Source: Bacteroidia bacterium (GTDB taxonomy: Bacteria > Bacteroidota > Bacteroidia > CAILMK01 > JACPUW01). From it: 64,000 nt of DNA. The position numbers were made by a program, and so were the translations under genes. Positions within the stretch are counted from its first letter, which is position 1; each line of letters starts with the position of its first letter. The notes beneath the pieces were generated by a model. The model did no database searches. It was not told the origin of the DNA and saw nothing but the letters and a program-made list of their open reading frames with translations. Location: the NCBI GenBank assembly GCA_049115495.1, contig JAGDZV010000001.1:370947-434946 (forward strand), given 5' to 3'. Shown here piece by piece: positions 37,487 through 51,000 of the stretch.

Positions 37487-38878
37487 CTATACTATTTTAA
37501 AATACTGTTTTGTTAGCATAAAAAAGTGCCAGCATATTTTGGCTCCATCTTTTATGTCAATAGGAATCAAAGATCCGCTATCTAAAGTCAGGTTTTCTTT
37601 CAAGTGTTTCCCATCTTTTTCGGCATCAACATAAGCGTAGCCTAAAAGTTTTCCTTTTTCTAGCACAAAAGCAACTTTCTCATTTGCTTTCCGCCCATTT
37701 CCTGTAAATATTCCAGTAGGCTGATAGGCTCTTTTTTGATTCAATATTTTAACAAAAACGGTATTATCGGCTTCTTCTCTCACCTCTTTTTGAGTAAGAA
37801 TTGATTTGGTTTTACTCATTCTTACAAGGTTTAAGTCATAACTCTTTGAGCTCAGCTTAAACTTCTCTGCTAGCTTTTTTATTTCCTTTTCAGCTGTTTT
37901 AAAATCTTTAAAATATGCCAAATGAATGGCGTTCTTCTCTCTTACTCTTGTAATTCCAACCCTGTATGAATTGCGTTTTTTGAAAATGCTTAAGGCATAA
38001 CGGTATTCTAGTTGTTTAACATGAATATTTAATGCTGGGGGTTTTGAAAAAACTTCTTGATAAAACAACAGCTCTGCCAGTAGTTCATTACCGCATAATT
38101 GATACTCTATTTTGTTAAATTTAAAACTATGGAGTCTAAATCGCTCGTATCGCTTTGATGGAGAGAATATCTTTTTTGCTGAGTTTTTTATAGACTCGCC
38201 TCTACCAATGTACAAGGATTTACCTTTTTTATCCTTCAAATAGTAAATACCTGGTTCGTCCGGAAGCTCAGCCAAAAACTCTTCGCCAACATTAACTTTT
38301 CCAGTTGGTTCGGTCATCGCATTATGACCTTTTCTTTTGGTCGTCTCTAAGACTTCAAGAATGCTTTCTTCTTTAAGTAGCTTAAGAAAAAGGTTTGCTG
38401 TGGTTAATGCATCGCCCAAGGCTCTGTGTCTGTCTGCAACTTCTACGTTTAAACTTCTGCAAAGTTTTCCCAAACTATATGATGGTTCTTCGGCAAAAAG
38501 TATTCTGCTCATATCTATAGTGCAATACTGATCGGCCGTATATTCTATTCCAAGCTTTCTTAGCTCAGCCCTTAAATAGGTGTAATCAAACGAAGCATTA
38601 TGGGCCACAAAAAAAGAGTTTCCTAAAAATTCCACTATCTCTCTAGCCACTTCTTTAAAAACAGGAGCATCAACCAGATCATCGTCAGTAATTCCTGTAA
38701 GCTTAGAAACATACTTATCCATTGCTTGCTCTGGATTTACCAATGTAGCATATTCAGAAACAATGGTTCGGTTTCTGATTTTTACAATTCCGATTTCTAT
38801 TATTCTGCCATTTTTATGATTGCCGCCCGTGGCTTCAATGTCAACTACGCAATAGGTACTGTCCATAAACTTTCGCAA
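37487..38878 (-). CDS. DnaQ-like (DEDDh) 3'-5' exonuclease fused to a GIY-YIG nuclease domain.
   Basis: Exo I YCVVDIEATGG. Exo II FVAHNASFDYTYL. Exo III HRALGDALTTANL. Then a GIY-YIG block PGIYYLKDKKGKSLYIGRGESIKNS...R...E. A C-terminal ~150-aa domain of unknown function follows. Confidence 0.7.
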   Translation of the reverse strand: MRKFMDSTYCVVDIEATGGNHKNGRIIEIGIVKIRNRTIVSEYATLVNPEQAMDKYVSKLTGITDDDLVDAPVFKEVAREIVEFLGNSFFVAHNASFDYTYLRAELRKLGIEYTADQYCTIDMSRILFAEEPSYSLGKLCRSLNVEVADRHRALGDALTTANLFLKLLKEESILEVLETTKRKGHNAMTEPTGKVNVGEEFLAELPDEPGIYYLKDKKGKSLYIGRGESIKNSAKKIFSPSKRYERFRLHSFKFNKIEYQLCGNELLAELLFYQEVFSKPPALNIHVKQLEYRYALSIFKKRNSYRVGITRVREKNAIHLAYFKDFKTAEKEIKKLAEKFKLSSKSYDLNLVRMSKTKSILTQKEVREEADNTVFVKILNQKRAYQPTGIFTGNGRKANEKVAFVLEKGKLLGYAYVDAEKDGKHLKENLTLDSGSLIPIDIKDGAKICWHFFMLTKQYFKIV

Positions 38879-39034
38879 AAATAACCGACGGAACGCACAA
38901 CAAATTAAACCTTTAGACCTCTACGATTTTTTAACTAATCAAGTGCTATCATTCACGTCAAAAAACTCAATACTGGCGGCTATTTCAATGCCTAAATCAA
39001 TGACTTTGGTCACCTTACGGTCGTAGCGATATTT

Positions 39035-39042
39035 TATCTTTG
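39035..39042 (+). promoter_or_regulatory. Candidate -7 element TATCTTTG (TAnnTTTG) 27 bp upstream of the giant ORF's ATG.
   Basis: It matches the Bacteroidetes promoter -7 consensus. The upstream TTG spacing is a little long. Speculative. Confidence 0.25.
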
Positions 39043-39068
39043 TTGATTAGTCGAATAAAAACCTTCTT

Positions 39069-42000
39069 ATGCTAAAGCATACCCCTAAGCATCTAATTCT
39101 ACTTTTTATTTCACTTTTTAGTGCGCCATTGTTAAAGGCTCAAATGTCAGGTACTTATTCTATTGACAAAACGAGTAGTGCAACTAGAAATTATACATCT
39201 TTTACTGCGGCGGTAAATGCCCTTAACTCTGTAGGGGTTAGTGGAGCAGTAAAGTTTGAAGTAGCAAATGGAAACTACAATGAGCAAATAACATTGCTTT
39301 ATGTTTCGGGATCTTCCACCACAAACACCATCACTTTTGTTGGTAAAGATTCGAGCAAGGTTTCACTAAACTATAATTGCTCTCAATACGAAGCTGTTAT
39401 AAAGGTAAATGCTGCTGCCAACTTTGTATTTGAAGGCATGACCATTAAGAGCACAAATGCTAGTTATGGATACGGGGTGCATATTACATCAAGTGCCGAA
39501 AACATAAGCATTAGAAATTGTAGAGTAGAAGTATCGGCGACTAGCAATGTACCAGTAGAATGCGTACCTGTAAATGTGGCTGGTGGAACCGTTACTACAA
39601 ACGGTGATAATGGAGAAAAAATTGAAGTAACAAACTCAGTTTTGCGAGGTGGCTATTACGGATTAAACATTAGAGGAACTAATAATAGCTTATTAAGCGA
39701 AGGTTTTACTATTGAAAACAATCATTTTTATCAGCAACGTTTTTATCCTGTTTTTGCTGTTTTTGCCAAAGATCTCAACCTTAATGAAAACGTTATTGAC
39801 AGCACCAATTTATTTTATTCCTACTCTGTTTATACAGACCAATGTGCTGGAGGAAGCATTATTGGCAATAGGATTTATGCTGGAAGATTTGGGCTTTATC
39901 TCAGACTGCACAACTATTATAATCGCGCAGACTCATTGGTAATTAGCAACAACGAAATAAGTGATTTTGATGACCCAAGTTATCAATCCGGAATTTATGC
40001 TGTTGCTTCATATAATATTTCTGCTTACCACAATACCATTAGAACTGATGGAACGGTGAGCAACTTCAATTATTCATGTATTTATTTATCTAACCCGTAC
40101 AATCATCGCATATTAAATAATAACCTTGTTGCTGAAGGAAATAGTAGTGTGCTTTTTTTAGGAAATGGAAGCCTTGGAAGCACCTACATTGATTACAATA
40201 ATTACAGTACGACTGCAAATGGAGGATTTGTGAGCTGGCAAGGTACATCATACTCAAACCTAGCTGATCTAAAAGCAGCAACAAGTAGCCAAAATCAAAA
40301 CTCCATTAGCGAAAATCCGCAGTTTAGTTCTAAAAGAAATTTATCACCTAATACACCAGGTTTAAACAATAGAGCAAGAAATGGTTTAAGCTCATTTGAT
40401 ATTTTAAGAAATGTAAGACCAAAGTTTCCTGATGTTGTTTCAGACATAGGTGCATATGAGTATTATGTAGATTCAAATGATATTGACATAATTGCTATTA
40501 CAAGCCCATTGATTGGCCAATTGGGAAATAATGATCTGGCAATTGTTCTAAAAAACAATGGAAGTAAACCTTACCGAGACTCGGTGTTTGTACAATACAA
40601 AATCAACAATGGTTCATGGACTAAGGATACATCAGTATACACATCATTAGCTATTGGAGCCGCTGACACATTTTATTTTACCACAAATTGGAACATTACT
40701 TCATCAGGCACCTTTACTGTATGTGCCGATATTTCACCTGTAGTTCCAGGTGACCCTGACTCTTTAGTAGGTGAAGAATATTGTGAGACAAAATGTGTAG
40801 GTAGGTCTGGAACATTTACCATTGACGCCTCTGGTAATGGTGATTATACCACTTTTACCCAAGCCATAAATTCTCTTACTTGCGGCATTGCTGGCCCAAT
40901 TACTTTTAAAGTTAAACCAGGAAATTATAATGAGCGATTAACAATTACACCTGTTCTAGGTGCATCGGTACAAAATCTTATAACTTTTGAAGGAGCGCAC
41001 AAAGACAGCGTAACATTAAACTATAATGGAACATCGTCTCTTCCAGCTTCTGTTTTAATTGATGATGCAGACTTTTTAACTTTTAAAAATCTAACTATCA
41101 ACAACCAAGGCAATCAAGTTTCTTGTGGATTTTGGCTTAGAGAAGATGTTAAAAATGTAAGAATAGAAAACTGCCAAATATTTTTAGACTCGGTTGCTAG
41201 TATTTATAGTTCTGCTGGTATTTTGATTGCCAACTCACTTCCTACGTGGTCATGGACAATCCCAGGTAATACTTCAAATAATTTGGTAATCAAGAATAAC
41301 CTTATAGTTGGTGGTAGCAGCGGAATAAGAATTAATGGATCTGGTGCTACAGCCACTGCTCAAAAACTTGAAATTGAGAATAACATAATTAGAAAATATT
41401 ACTATCAAGGCTTAAATGCCGCTTATGTAAGTGAATCTAAATTTAAAAAGAATCATATTACTGGTCCAAGGTTAATTAGTGCCATAGGTTTTGGAATGTT
41501 TAATTGTCAAAACGATAGCGTTGATGCGAATTATATTCAAGGTGGAAGATTTGGACTCTATTTATCAAGAGAGAATTTTGACAACAGGAATACATTTACG
41601 GCTATTACCAATAATATGATTACCAATTTGATTGATGCAAATTATCAAATTGGCTTAATGGCATCTCTGGGCTATAATCTATCTATTTATCACAACTCAA
41701 TTTGGACTAGCCATTCTTTTTCTTCTCCATACTACTCAGGAATGAACCTTTATTACTGCCAAAATAGTTTTGCAAAAAACAACGCTATTAAAGCTACAAA
41801 TGGCGGGATGGTTTTTTCAAAGTACTATGGAAATATTAGCCGATCGAATATTGACAACAACAACTACTACGGTGAAGGTGCTGCAAAATATTATCATGAT
41901 GGTTTAACATTTACTGACCTTGGAACCTATAAAAGCATTAGAACTAACTTTAATTCAAATAGTCTAGAAGGTGAACCCAATTATACATCAATTACCGACC

Positions 42001-45000
42001 TACATGCTAGTGGTGCTCAGCTTAACAATAAAGGCGTAAACGGACTTGGCGTTGATAAGGATTATGATGATGAAGACAGACCTTTTTCTCCTGATAAAAA
42101 GCGCGATATTGGGGCTGATGAATATTATGTAAGTCCTTTCGATCTTGATCTTGTTTCGCTAGACTCTCCTTTGGTACCAGTTATTGGCCAAAATGAAGTG
42201 AAGATAATTTTGAGAAACGCTGGTATAAAAGACCTTGTAGATGACACCATGGTTGTGAGCTATTTGGTTGATGGCAATCTTGAAATTAGAGACACTGTAA
42301 TAATATCTTCACTAAAGCAAAATGAGAGTTTTACTTACACTTTTAGTAAAACTTGGAATATTTCAATTGGTAAAACGTACAAGTTGTGCGCTCAACTTGA
42401 CACCTTTTTTAAGCCCGATCCTGACTCACTAATTAATCAACAAAAGTGTGCATCTATGTGCCCAGGAGCAAAAGGCTCCTATACAATTGATGCTTCAGGG
42501 GGTGGCGATTACACCTCATTTAAAGCGGCACTTAATGCCCTTAATTGTGGAATAAATGGCCCTGTAACCTTTAACGTAAAAAATGGCACATACAATGAAA
42601 GGCTGGTAATTAATGAAATTATTGGCGCATCAAATCAGAATACAGTTTCATTTATTGGCGAAAGCAGAAAAGGAGTTATTCTTAATTACACCGGAGTAAG
42701 AGATAGCCAAGAAGTAATTCACCTTGAAGGCGCCGATTACATCTCTTTTGACCGAATGACAATTAAGAACAATAGCCAATGGTATAGCAGAGGTGTAAGA
42801 ATAAGCACGAAGGCAGATTATAACACTTTTAGTAATGTATCTTTTGATTTACCAAGTAATGCTACTAGTTGGAGTACATCTAATGTTTACATTTCAGATG
42901 AAAACCTTTCAACCTTAGGCGATGCCGGTAATTTCAATGTATTTACCAATTGTTCTTTTGAATATGGCTACTTCGGTGTAAGGCTTTATGGTATTGGAAA
43001 TACATCACTTAATTACGGAAATGAGTTTAATAACTGTAGCTTTAGAAACCATAGAGCATTTGGGATTTATGCCCTTTACCAAGGTCAATTAAAGGTAAAT
43101 GACTGCTCATTTGATTCTTTACAGCTTGATTTTTACCAAATTTATGAGAACCGATGTAGTGAGAGTATTATTACAAACAACTTAATTAAAGATGGTAGAT
43201 ATGGTATCTATCAGATTTATGAGAACTACTATTTTCAAGAAGAAACTTCAGAAATTTCGAACAACCTAATTAGCGGACAAGACTTTAGCACTGATATTTA
43301 TGGAGTGGACCTCTATTTATGTTATAACATAAAGTTCTTTCACAACAGCTTAATGGTAAATAAGGGCACAAGTGGTGCCGCTGTAAGGTTTAGGTTTGGT
43401 AATGGGCACGACATTAGGAATAATTCATTTTCAAAATCTACAAATGCTGAATTGTTTTCAAATACGAATTCTTCTTTTTCAGAAATCGACTTCAATAACT
43501 ACTACTCTGGTAGTTCAAGCAACTTTGTAAATTATAATGGTACTGCATATGACGACCTTCAAAAATGGAGTAATGCAGTAAGTGGTTTTAACAGAAACTC
43601 GAAAGAAGGTGATCCCGGTTACAACTCGTCTTCAGACCTTACTATTGACCCAAAAAGCAAACAACTGGCCAATTGGGGTTCAATTTCAACTGGTATAGGC
43701 AGTGATTTTGAAGGTGATATACGAAACCCTCAATCGCCAGATGTAGGAGCAGATGAATTCTCAGACTTATATGATATTGGGGTAAGTAGCATTCTTAGTC
43801 CACTAAGTAATTGCGAACTCAGCAACTCAGAAACCATAACTATTGAAATAGAAAATAAAGGGAATATTGCCTTGCCAAGCGGCGAGCTTATTCCTGTGGC
43901 ATACTCAATTGACGGCAGTTCAGCTCAAGTTGACACATTTATTTTAAGCTCCAATCTGTCAAAAAATGGAAAGGTACAGTTCACCTTTTCACAAAAGGCT
44001 GATTTCTCAGCATTTAAAAGCTTTAACCTTAAAGCCTACACCGATATTGCCAATGATTCATTACGGACAAATGATACGCTCGCTGTTGTTAGAAGTTCAT
44101 TTGAAAATCCAACTGCGGACTTTAGTATTGACAACATTGCTTGTAGTAATGAAGATGTAAACTTTTCTAATTCATCTTCTACTTCAGTAGCAACAATAAG
44201 TGCCTATAATTGGAATTTTGGCAATGGTTTAGCATCAACAGCCCAAAACTCAAAAACGAGCTATAGCAATGATGGCAATTTTAGCATAAAGCTAATTGTA
44301 ACTACCACAAACGGTTGTAAAGACTCAATAACTAAGAGTATTACCGTTTACCCAAAACCATCGGCAAGCTTTACCAGCAGCAACCTTTGTTTTGGAGATT
44401 CGGCCATTTTTACAAATACTTCGAATATTGCCACTTCAATTGGCGCTACATTTAATTGGGATTTTGATGATAACACCACATCTACAAAAAGAAGCCCCAA
44501 ACATATGTTTGCGACTGCCGATGATTTTGATATAGAATTCATTGCAATAAGTGCCAATGGATGTAAAGACACGGCAACAAGCACTATTCAGATATCACCT
44601 AACCCTGTTGCAAGCTTCAGCTTTGCAAATTCATGCAAAGGCGATTCAAACATCTTCAATAACACATCAACAATTCCAAATGGGTTTACACCAACTTACA
44701 GTTGGAAATTTGGTGATGGTAATAGCTCAAGCAATAAAAATCCAAAATATGTTTATGGCTCAATTGGAAACTATACTATTGAACTGACGGCTTCATTAGC
44801 CAATGGATGCTCAAATAGCGTTGCCAATTCACTTAATGTTTTTAGTAAACCTCAGCCGGCATTTACCGTTTCAAATGGCTGTCAAGGCGACTCAATATTA
44901 TTTACTGATAATTCGGTAATTCAATTAGATACAATTAAGAATTATGAGTGGTTTTTTGACGATGGAAATATTTCAAGCTTAGAGAACCCAAAAAACCTTT

Positions 45001-48000
45001 ATACCAACGATGGTAGTTACAGCCCCAAGTTGGTTCTAACTTCTATTAATGGTTGTAAAGATAGCTTGACAAAAAATTTGACTATAAACGAGAAGCCTAA
45101 TGCCAGTTTCAGCGTAAATGCGGTTTGTGAAAATGACACAAGTAAATTCTACAACAGTTCAAGTGTATCAAATGGAAGTATAATTCAATATAACTGGACT
45201 TTTGGAAATGGTTTGAGTTCAAGCTTAGCTTCACCAAAACATGTTTATAGTAGCTATGGTTCCTACAATTCAACTTTGATTATTACTTCCAATAATGGTT
45301 GTAAAGACACAGCAAATGCCATTGCACAAGTAAATGCAAGTCCAATTGCAAACTTTGATGCTCCAAATGTGTGCTTTGGAAGTAATCTGTTTATTAGAAA
45401 TCAATCTACAATTGCCAGTGGAAACATTACGTCTTACAGTTGGAATCTAGGCGATGGCACAAGTTCGTCTACCGTAAATCCTGTTCATCGATATACTTCA
45501 AAAGACACCTTTACAATAAAGCATGTCATTCAAAGTAATCTTGGATGTAAGGATTCAATTGAAAAGGATGTGATAGTTACTAGCAAAGTAATTGCAAGTT
45601 TTAGCACAGATAGCCTGTGCCATGGCGACTCTACCGCATTTAAGAATACTACGAATATTAGCTGCGGTACAGTTTTAGGTTACAGCTGGGATTTTGGTGA
45701 TGGTAACACATCAAATGATTGGAGCCCAAAACATAAATATGCAAACGCAGGATCTTATGTAGTTAAACTAATAGTAATTCAATTTGGCAATGTCAAGGAC
45801 TCAACGTCACAAACGGTTGTTATTAATTCAATACCAAAAGCCAATTTTAGCTTTAATAATGTTTGCGCAACCGATAGTGCATCGTTTATTAATACTTCTT
45901 CAATTGCAACTGGCACTATAAACAGCTACGAATGGAAATTTGGTGACGGCAACAGAAGTACCGCCTTAAGTCCAAAGCATGCCTATAATAGCGAAAACAC
46001 TTATTCTGTAACCTTAACTGCAGTTGGTTCAGGTGGCTGTATAGATTCAGCATCAAAAAACGTAACTGCTTTTGAATTACCTGTTGCTGATTTCAGCTTA
46101 AGCAATGCATGTTTGGGATCAAGTGTATCTTTCAACAATTCATCTTCAATTACAACCGGTACATTAACCTTCAATTGGCAATTTGGCAATGGATTTAGCT
46201 CAAGTCAGAAAAATCCAAATTATAATTACTCCAATAATGGTACCTATACTGTTAAATTGACTACAACATCTAACAATGGATGTGTGGCAGCTGACTCTCA
46301 GAATGTAACAATTCATCCAAAACCGGTAGCTAATTTCACTGCCTTAAATCAATGTTCCAATAAGGCAATTTCATTTACCAATACTTCTACCATATCAGCG
46401 GGAACTGTATCATACCAATGGAAATTTGGTGATGGTAACCGCAGCACTGCCATAAACCCTAGTCATAAATACTCAAGTGCAGGAAGTTATTCGGTAACAC
46501 TTATTGTTACTTCCAATAATGGTTGTATTGATTCAGTTACCAAATCAATAAGTGCATTGCCAACCCCAATAGCCAACTTCACATCTCCTTCATCTTGTAG
46601 TGGTACTAATCTTACTTTCACAAACGCATCGAGCATTTCTATCGGAACTTTAACACACTCTTGGCAATTTGGCGATGGAAACGTAAGTACTAGTATAAGC
46701 CCCACACATAATTATTCGAGTACAGGAACTTATCAAGTAAAACTAGTTACTACGGCAAGCAGCGGTTGTAAAGATTCAATTACGAAAACTATAAATGTTT
46801 ATGACATTCCAGTATCAAGTTTTTCAGTTACCGGAAGTTGCCTTAGCGATAGCATTGTGTTCAACAACACATCAAGCATAGGCGCAGGTACTATGAGTTT
46901 TGCTTGGAGTTTAGGGGATGGCACAACTACTACGAATTCAAGTGTAAATCACAAATACGCATCTGCAGGCAGCTATCAAGTTAAACTAGTGGCAACATCT
47001 AATGGCGGATGTAAGGATAGCACAACCACCACGGTTAATATTTACCCAACCCCTTCTGCCAGTTTCAATACCAATGATAATTGCTTTGCAGAAGCAACAA
47101 TTTTTACGAATAACAGTAGCATTTCATTAGGTACCCTTTCATATTTCTGGGATTTTGACAATGGCTCTGCCAGTACTTTGGCCAATCCTTCATTTACATT
47201 TAACAAAAGCGGCAGCTATAACGTAAAACTTACCGCTACGAGTAACCAAGGTTGTTCTGACTCTTCTGAAAAAATGGTAAACGTTTATGTTAACCCTAAA
47301 GCGGATTTTGCTTTTGCCAAAACTTGTCTTGACGATACAACTGTATTTACAAACAATTCTACTATAAGCTCAGGAAATTTGAATTTCATTTGGGATTTTG
47401 ATGATGGTAACAATTCTAATCTATCAAATTCTAAAAATAGATATTCTAAAACAGGAACTTATTTTGTTGAGCTAATAGCAGTTTCTACTTATGGATGTGC
47501 TGATACATCAATTTCTAAGGTTCACATTAATCCAAAAGCTAACTCTTCATTTATTGTTCAAAATACATGTTTAGGTGAATTTGTGAGTTTTAGAAATAAC
47601 TCAAGTATTAGCAGCGGAAGCTTCACAACTAATTGGAATTTTGATGATGGTACATCTTCAAATGCGCTTAACCCAAAACATTTATACAATGCGGCTGGTA
47701 CTTACTTACCATCTTTAACGCTTACTACAGATAGTGGCTGTATTTCTGTTTCGAACACTGGTTTAATAATTAATGAAAAACCTACCGCAAGCTTTAGTTT
47801 TAATAATGTTTGCGCAAATGACACTGCCCAATTTATTGATAACGCTAGCATTAATTCTGGAACAATTACAAATCATAATTGGAGTTTTGGTGATGGATTC
47901 ACAACTACATTGCCTTCACCTCTTCATAAATATGACACAAAGGGGAATTATGGTGTCGAATTGATTGTAGCATCAGACTCTGGCTGTACCGATACTGCGA

Positions 48001-51000
48001 ATGCAACAATTTCAATCTACGCAGTACCATTAACCTACTTTAGCGCGAATAATGTTTGCTTTGGTGATACATTATTCCCTTCAAATACTAGTTCAATTAG
48101 CGGTGGAATAATTAACAGCTACCGTTGGAATTTTGGTGATGGAAACACGTCCAATTCTCAATCGCCTTCACATTACTATGTCAACAAAGGCAACTTTGAT
48201 ATTAAGTTGATTGCTACTTCAAATAACAATTGTAGCGATAGCCTTACAAAACAGGTGATTGTTGACAATGTAATAATTCCTGGGTTTAGTTTTAGCAATT
48301 CTTGCATAGGCAACAAAATAGACTTTACAAACACCACAAATGCCAGCTGTGGAAACATTTCGAGCTATCAATGGGCATTTGGCGATGGTGGAATTTCAAG
48401 TCAAACAAATCCGAGTTATGTTTACAATAAGCCTGGAACCTATAATGTAAGACTTATTGTAACTGAAAAAGCGGGTAGAAAAGATACCATAACTCAACAG
48501 GTAACTGTTTATCCAAATCCTAATGTTCTATTTTCAGTAAACGATACTTGTGCCAATAGTGCGCCTATATTTAATAACCAAAGTTCAATAATAAGCGGCA
48601 ACATTTCTGATTACACATGGAGCTTTGGTGATGGAACTAAAAGTTCAAACGCCATACCACAAAAAAGCTACAACAATCAGGGAACATACAAAATCCAATT
48701 ATTGGCTGAAAGCAATTTTGGATGCAAAGACTCAATGCAAAAAAATATTGAAATTTTTGAGCTACCAACTGTAAGGTTTAATGCGAACGTAGAGTGTCTC
48801 TATGATAGCGTTTACTTTACCAATAGAAGTTCAATATCGAGCAACTCCCTGAGTTACTCATGGAATTTTGATGATCTAGGAATATCAACAAGCGCCAACC
48901 CTATACACAAATATTCAAATGCTGGAAAATTCGATGTTAAACTGATTGCTACATCGGTTAAAGGTTGTTCGTCTTCTTTGGTTAAATCTGTTTATGTTAA
49001 TCATGTACCAAACGCTTCAATAATTGGAGATTCAACATGCGTTGGTTTTGCTTCTGCTTTTAAAAATTATTCAAATATTACTAGAGGAACTTTAGTAAAT
49101 AACACTTGGCGATTTGGCGATGGTTTTGGGAGTGCTAATTCAAACCCAAGTCACACCTATTCAACAAGCGGAAACTTCAATGTTTCTTTAATAATCGAAT
49201 CTGACAGTGGATGTTTTGATACAAGCGCAACAATTGCAGTAGTGCATCCAAATCCTCAAGCGGACTTTGTAGCCAATAATGTCTGCCTTGGAGACGCTTT
49301 AAACCCAACCAACAACTCAAGTATAACTTCTGGCTCCATTTCAAAATGGCAGTGGAGTTTTGGTGATGGTAACTCATCAACCTTAAAATCTCCTTCTCAT
49401 ACCTATTCGAATAATGGCAGCTACAGTGTACAACTAGGTGCATCAAGCAATTACGGATGTAAAGATTCAATTGCTCAACAAGTTGTGGTAAGCAATGTAA
49501 TTACTGCTGGATTTACAACAAACGACATCTGTTTAGGAGACACTGCTTTCTTTACCAATACTACGAGCACTTCATGTGGTACCATAATTGGTTATCAGTG
49601 GAACTTTGGCGATGGCAATGCTTCAACCGCAACAAACCCTTTTAGGATTTATGGAAGTACAGGAACCTACACTGTTCAGTTGATAGTTACACAACAAGGT
49701 GGTAACAAAGACACTGTAACATCAACAATTACAGTAAGTCCTAAACCAAGAGTAAATTTCTTTGCAAACAATGCTTGCGCGGGTAAGCAGCTTCAGTTTC
49801 AAAACCTTAGTACCATCTCTTCTGGTAACATTGGTAGCTACATTTGGAATTTTGGGAATGGCAACAAAAGCATAGATAGAAACCCTAAACATACGTATAG
49901 TAGTCATGGAGCATATGATGTAGTTTTAATCGCCACATCAAATCAAGGGTGTACTGATTCAGTCTCAAAACCATTGAGCATTTACGAGCTTCCTGTCGTT
50001 TCCTTCATAGCAGAAAATGTTTGTTTCGGAGAATCTACAACATTCAATAACAAGTCTAGCATTTCAACAGGCTCAATAGACAATAGCTGGGATTTTGGAG
50101 ATGGATTTAGTAGTTCTCAAATAAATCCTTCATATCAATATTCTAATGCCGGTAGTTATACAGTTGAGCTTACTGTGACAACAAACAACTTCTGCACGTC
50201 AAAACTGTCTCAAGCTATTAAGGTATTTGAGCTTCCTAACGTTGATTTTGAAATCAATGATACTTGCGAAGCAGACGAAATAAGCCTAACTAACAACTCT
50301 ACCATTGCAAATGGTGCATTGAGCTTTGCCTGGGATTTTGGCAATGGCAACACATCAAATGCTAAAACTCCAAGTCTTGTTTATACGAATGATGGTAGCT
50401 ATTTGGTAGAATTAAAAGCAATTAGCAACGCTGGTTGTGCCGACTCATTAAGTAAGTCTATTAGCATATTTGAAAAGCCTATGGCATCCTTTAACTATAA
50501 TGGAACTTGCCCAGATCAAAGTATGTCGTTCTCAAACACCAGTTCTCCAGCAAGCTTAATCTCTTCAAATCAATGGTTATTTAATGGTTCAGATGCTACA
50601 ACATCTACGAACTCTTCATATATATTTGGATCAAATGGTCCGCATACCGTAGTCTTAACCATTACATCAATTAACAATTGTATAGATACTGCAGTGAAGC
50701 AGGTTAGATTTGAATCGGTACCAGTTGCGTCCTTCAGTTTTAATTCTGGCTGCGAAAGAGATAGTTTCGAGTTTATAAATAAGACTACAATTCAAAGCGG
50801 AAACTTAACCTATAATTGGACGTTTGGAGACGGAAATTCAAGTACTCAAACAAATCCAAAAAACGTTTACGCCACAACTGGAAATTTTGATATTAAACTT
50901 GTTGCCACATCAGATTTAGGATGTGCTGATTCCTTAATTCAAAGTGTTTCACCTCTTAACAAACCAGAAGTAGATTTTGCTTGGAGTGGCGCTTGTTTAG

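Noticed and set aside
39712-49907. Nine short ORFs (60-97 aa) on both strands inside the giant gene: 39712-39942, 40090-40284, 43966-44160, 44348-44584, 44551-44787, 46001-46189, 46487-46705, 47773-47964, 48176-48358, 49177-49470 and 49722-49907.
   Set aside because: They lie entirely within, and out of frame or antisense to, a long continuous ORF with strong domain evidence. Their composition is low-complexity, typical of chance ORFs.
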